Shown piece after piece: positions 61,701-64,000 of a stretch of DNA of 64,000 nt (positions are counted from its first letter, which is position 1; each line of letters begins with the position of its first letter). The position numbers and the translations under genes were made by a program. The notes beneath the pieces were generated by a model that had not been told where the DNA came from, made no database searches, and worked only from the letters and a program-made list of their open reading frames with translations. Source of the DNA: Saprolegnia diclina VS20 (lineage: Eukaryota); contig NW_008246080.1 in the NCBI RefSeq assembly GCF_000281045.1, positions 439,672 to 503,671 of the forward strand. Reading direction: 5' to 3'.

Positions 61701-62218
61701 GTAAACTCGATCGTGGGCTCAAAGCGCATGACAAAGTTTTTGGACATAATGTCGCGTGGGCCAAGCGCTTTCCATGCGGTCGCCCATGCGTGGTCTTTGG
61801 CCGCGCTCTTGTCTTTGCCGCGGAACGCCAGCGACTCACGGCACGCGCCGTCGCCCGACTCGGTCGACGGCGTCCCGCTTTGGATGAGGAGCCGGTCGGT
61901 CACATACGCCTCTTGGCTGTTTTGGCGAAGTGCAATCTCGTCGTAGAGCGCTTGCCGTAGCTCAATTTTGATCTGGATCGTCTCGCTGGGGCCGAGCGTG
62001 CCCTTGCTGGGCTTGATAAAGTACCGCTCCGGGTTGAGCGTCTTGACGCTAAAGATCGTTGGGCGGCGCGTGTGCAGGTTGCGCATCGTGACGTGGCGAA
62101 AGTGCTTGACGCCATGCGTATCGAGGGTGAAGACGACGAGGTCGGACGGCTCAAAGGCCACGCTCGCGTTGCAAGGCGCCTCGATGTCCAAGGCGACGAC
62201 CTTGGTTCGGAGGCTCAT
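58739..62218 (-). CDS. Protein with three MSP (major sperm protein/VAP-type) domains and a long disordered linker, no TM anchor
   Basis: FSVKTLNPERYFIKPSKG; divergent IENRCSKVVAYTVR; LQNTSSHCVAFKIKTAQPQRYKVRPNQG. Intronless, probable start MSLRTK. Confidence 0.85.
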   Translation of the reverse strand: MSLRTKVVALDIEAPCNASVAFEPSDLVVFTLDTHGVKHFRHVTMRNLHTRRPTIFSVKTLNPERYFIKPSKGTLGPSETIQIKIELRQALYDEIALRQNSQEAYVTDRLLIQSGTPSTESGDGACRESLAFRGKDKSAAKDHAWATAWKALGPRDIMSKNFVMRFEPTIEFTSHTPHVLLQSGASVLSQTSAFSVDPPPSETTMSHAHFLASIDDSAPLPLSASVVPKKNVSPKTPSARPLPSQVVPSRVKADRSGLLVAITPAADILLFTLPPHEVNVGSCDVSIENRCSKVVAYTVRIESKFKCKAVPFKVGWLDGPDKTNVRLELAPSLHRELLQRLRSHDTSPLPQYKVRVQCMELELSEIAAMTSLPSYDQTIEYLKDLWHHASDANKKILVHKYVTSFALEVTAPVPIDRSSDAPALRRHDTDDDVTTPDEGRASEVSECASFQTAFTRAPPMRPIMTPLEHLQYQRSLNQHLLPRNTIDDFRETLFDDMPPSSSNDTPPSELGPATALEGVKEGDDEDATSSHLSNAPPLERPFATSVDTTRPRPASPLRRQPSASVGATPKPATTTKIDLLASMDDVLEEEKHDDLEPLPVSIARPTEYDARSSTVANRDTVAHVEYLPMPETIAEASASPRRSSVRFSLDDIDILASKYMPVSAPAKPKPSLSLVPPPPVVAAPVVHPPAPVMWAPMPTSSSLSPRHDVNIMASPVVAVAINMNTPRSSLHVREDLTSESSMTVDSAFASFMGPLSPAPSSPRASVSLFGDIDTLPTRPVVVIQETTDDDDDDDADDHDKDRASVVEAPVPTTPVTNPEVIAVDEPDADVDGPSSPSSKAHTIDDANSGFSILTFPEPADATATADADDEHELASVLESSTGELEPVRQGSGRSFFPKAILKTFAFKETPDEPAHLEMPDEAWIRQSEFDARHVEQPPKKMKSFLRAFEKNYAVSTPTPTGLVSLSPQTLLYHLDVGKKPTGKVTLQNTSSHCVAFKIKTAQPQRYKVRPNQGYMEPQTSFAIDINLHQVAYDELMCYSNVELSDVRDCLLVETIAMPNKKNVLALKASTDPNSLLKVLWANTEKKAIHASRLFCEYAFDDSQYHSFSSSNTGSSSFMAKDAVGPRLDRIESLSSMDESHTPPPSPRRIAKKPVLRDAF

Positions 62219-63164
62219 CCTGCCACCGGAGCGGAAAAGAAATGGCCATCGCGATGTGATACGGTGCATTACACCGCTTGGTGCCGAGTTTTGGCCAATG
62301 GCCTTGCGCCAAATTGTTTTTTCGCTCAAACGACGACCGCCCATTGGCCACACGCGCTCCGCGTACCATGCCACCTGCCCCAGTCATCCGGATACGAGAC
62401 GAGGCATTCCCTTGGACTATCGTCTACAATCGAAATAAGCTGGAGCGCGTCGCAAACCGGGAATTGCCCTGGCGAAGAGCCGCGCGGCACCACCTTGCGT
62501 TTTGTATGCGTGTTATTTTCACAGGTGAAAAACGTGCGCCACATGACGTGGCAAATACCCGTGGCGCGCGCGACATGCCACGTGACGCTTATGACATGGG
62601 CTTCAAGCGTTTGGCCGACTCTGGCCGGCAGGACCGTCCCGACCGAGCTAGCACCAGCGATACAAGCACGGCTAGGCATCGCCTGCGTCGTCACACTTGG
62701 CGACACTGCATTGGTGTAGCATTGGTCATGACAACGTACGAACGGCCAGCTTGGAGCCTGTTGAGCCGAGCGAGAGGCGGAGGATGGTGTGGCCACCGAC
62801 GACTGACGCGTCACACACGACGAGTGGCCAGAGATGCCGTGTCGATGGTGCAACGAAGGTCGTGCGCTTCCATCTCAGATCCGGTCGCGTCTTTCTCGGT
62901 CTTGGCACGTTGCACGGCGCAAGAAACACACACACACCACGTATTGTTCACACATTTTTCACGCTGTATTTCCCACCAATGGCGACGTGGCGCGGCCGTG
63001 GGTCATAGAATTCAAATGTAATTTGCACCGTGTTATATAATATTTCTAGCTCCGTAAATGTATGCAATAGAATACAAAGTAAAAAAGAGCGATGAAAACA
63101 ATAAAATGAACCGGCGGGGCCCGGTGTTGACAGTATTTGCAACTGAGCGGCGACCAGCAGCAGC

Positions 63165-63880
63165 ATGGCCGACTACTACGACGTCCTCGGCGTGGCCAAG
63201 ACCGCGTCCGCGGACGAGATCAAGAAGGCCTACCGCAAGCTCGCCATCAAGTACCACCCAGGTACAGTGCGCGCCCTCGCTGCCGTGACGCTCATGCAGG
63301 CTGCTAGACAAGAACCCGGACAACCAAGACGAGGCCGAAAAAAAGTTCAAGGAGATTGGCGAGGTACGTCAACGATAGCTGCTTGGACAGCGTCTCATGC
63401 GCATGTGGCTAGGCCTACTCGGTGCTCTCGGACGAAGAGAAGCGCACGACATACGACCGCTTTGGCAAGGCCGGCGTCAACGGCCAGTCCAATGGCGGTG
63501 GCATGCACCCGAACTTCAACGCGCAGAACGCCGAAGAGATCTTCCAAGCATTCTTTGGCGGCCAGGACCCGTTCAACATGTTCTTCCAGCAAGGCGGCAT
63601 GGGCGGCCAGCGCGTCCATGTGTCCAACTTTGGCGCGCCGGGCTTTGCGTTCCACTTTGGCGGTCCCGGCGGCATGCGTGGTCGCCACCCAATGCACCAC
63701 GCCCGCCAGCGCCGCGAGCATGACGACGCGCCGCCACAACAAGCCGTCGCGTCCGGCATGGGCGGCGGGAACCTCCTCCTCGTCTTCTTGCTGCTCTGGA
63801 TGATGGGCGTGCCATTGAGCTACCTCTGGGTGCTCTTTATGATCTACAGCTACTTGGGGTCGCAGCTCGGCTGGTCGTAG
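63165..63880 (+). CDS. J-domain (DnaJ) protein with G/F-rich region and C-terminal hydrophobic membrane segment, 3 exons
   Basis: [23 protein letters not shown]^DKNP (HPD split by an intron), AYSVLSD..YDRFG, and a hydrophobic C-terminus. Confidence 0.93.
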
Positions 63881-64000
63881 ACCCAAATGTAGTATTTACT
63901 GTAGGATAGTGTAGTAGGTCCATGCCATAGTAGAATCGTCTCCGCACTCTCAGCTTCTCGTCACCTCGTCTCGCGCTTCTCATTTCTACTATTTCTCCAG

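Overview
Gene-dense, GC-rich eukaryotic DNA with short (~40-60 nt) GT-AG introns and oomycete-type promoter motifs. It is most consistent with a Saprolegniales oomycete (Saprolegnia/Achlya-like); this is inferred from gene families and intron style. About 25 genes can be modelled: a CAMK-type kinase, a PKD2/TRPP channel, an ankyrin-FYVE-like protein, RPL23, a FAM173-like methyltransferase, a very large two-module membrane protein with a nearby inverted, internally deleted copy, a cyclic-nucleotide-domain K+ channel, a dienoyl-CoA isomerase, a degenerate aspartic protease, an ankyrin protein, an RRM protein, a fatty-acid elongase, a TPR-PH protein, a secreted Gly-Trp/Pro-Gly repeat protein, a secreted PI-PLC X-like enzyme, two paralogous EF-hand-like genes, an RluA-family pseudouridine synthase, a triple-MSP protein and a J-protein. 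There is also a ~1.2 kb non-autonomous hAT-like transposon, a perfect 24-bp hairpin, a dispersed ~180 bp repeat and a 276-nt assembly gap. The most striking item is the 2152-aa low-complexity ORF at 42433-48891. It splices in frame to five small upstream exons that encode a SNAPC1/SNAP43-like domain, giving a ~2,400+ aa putative snRNA-activating-complex subunit with about 20 repeated acidic motifs and AT-hooks. Exon boundaries were read by eye and no database searches were run.
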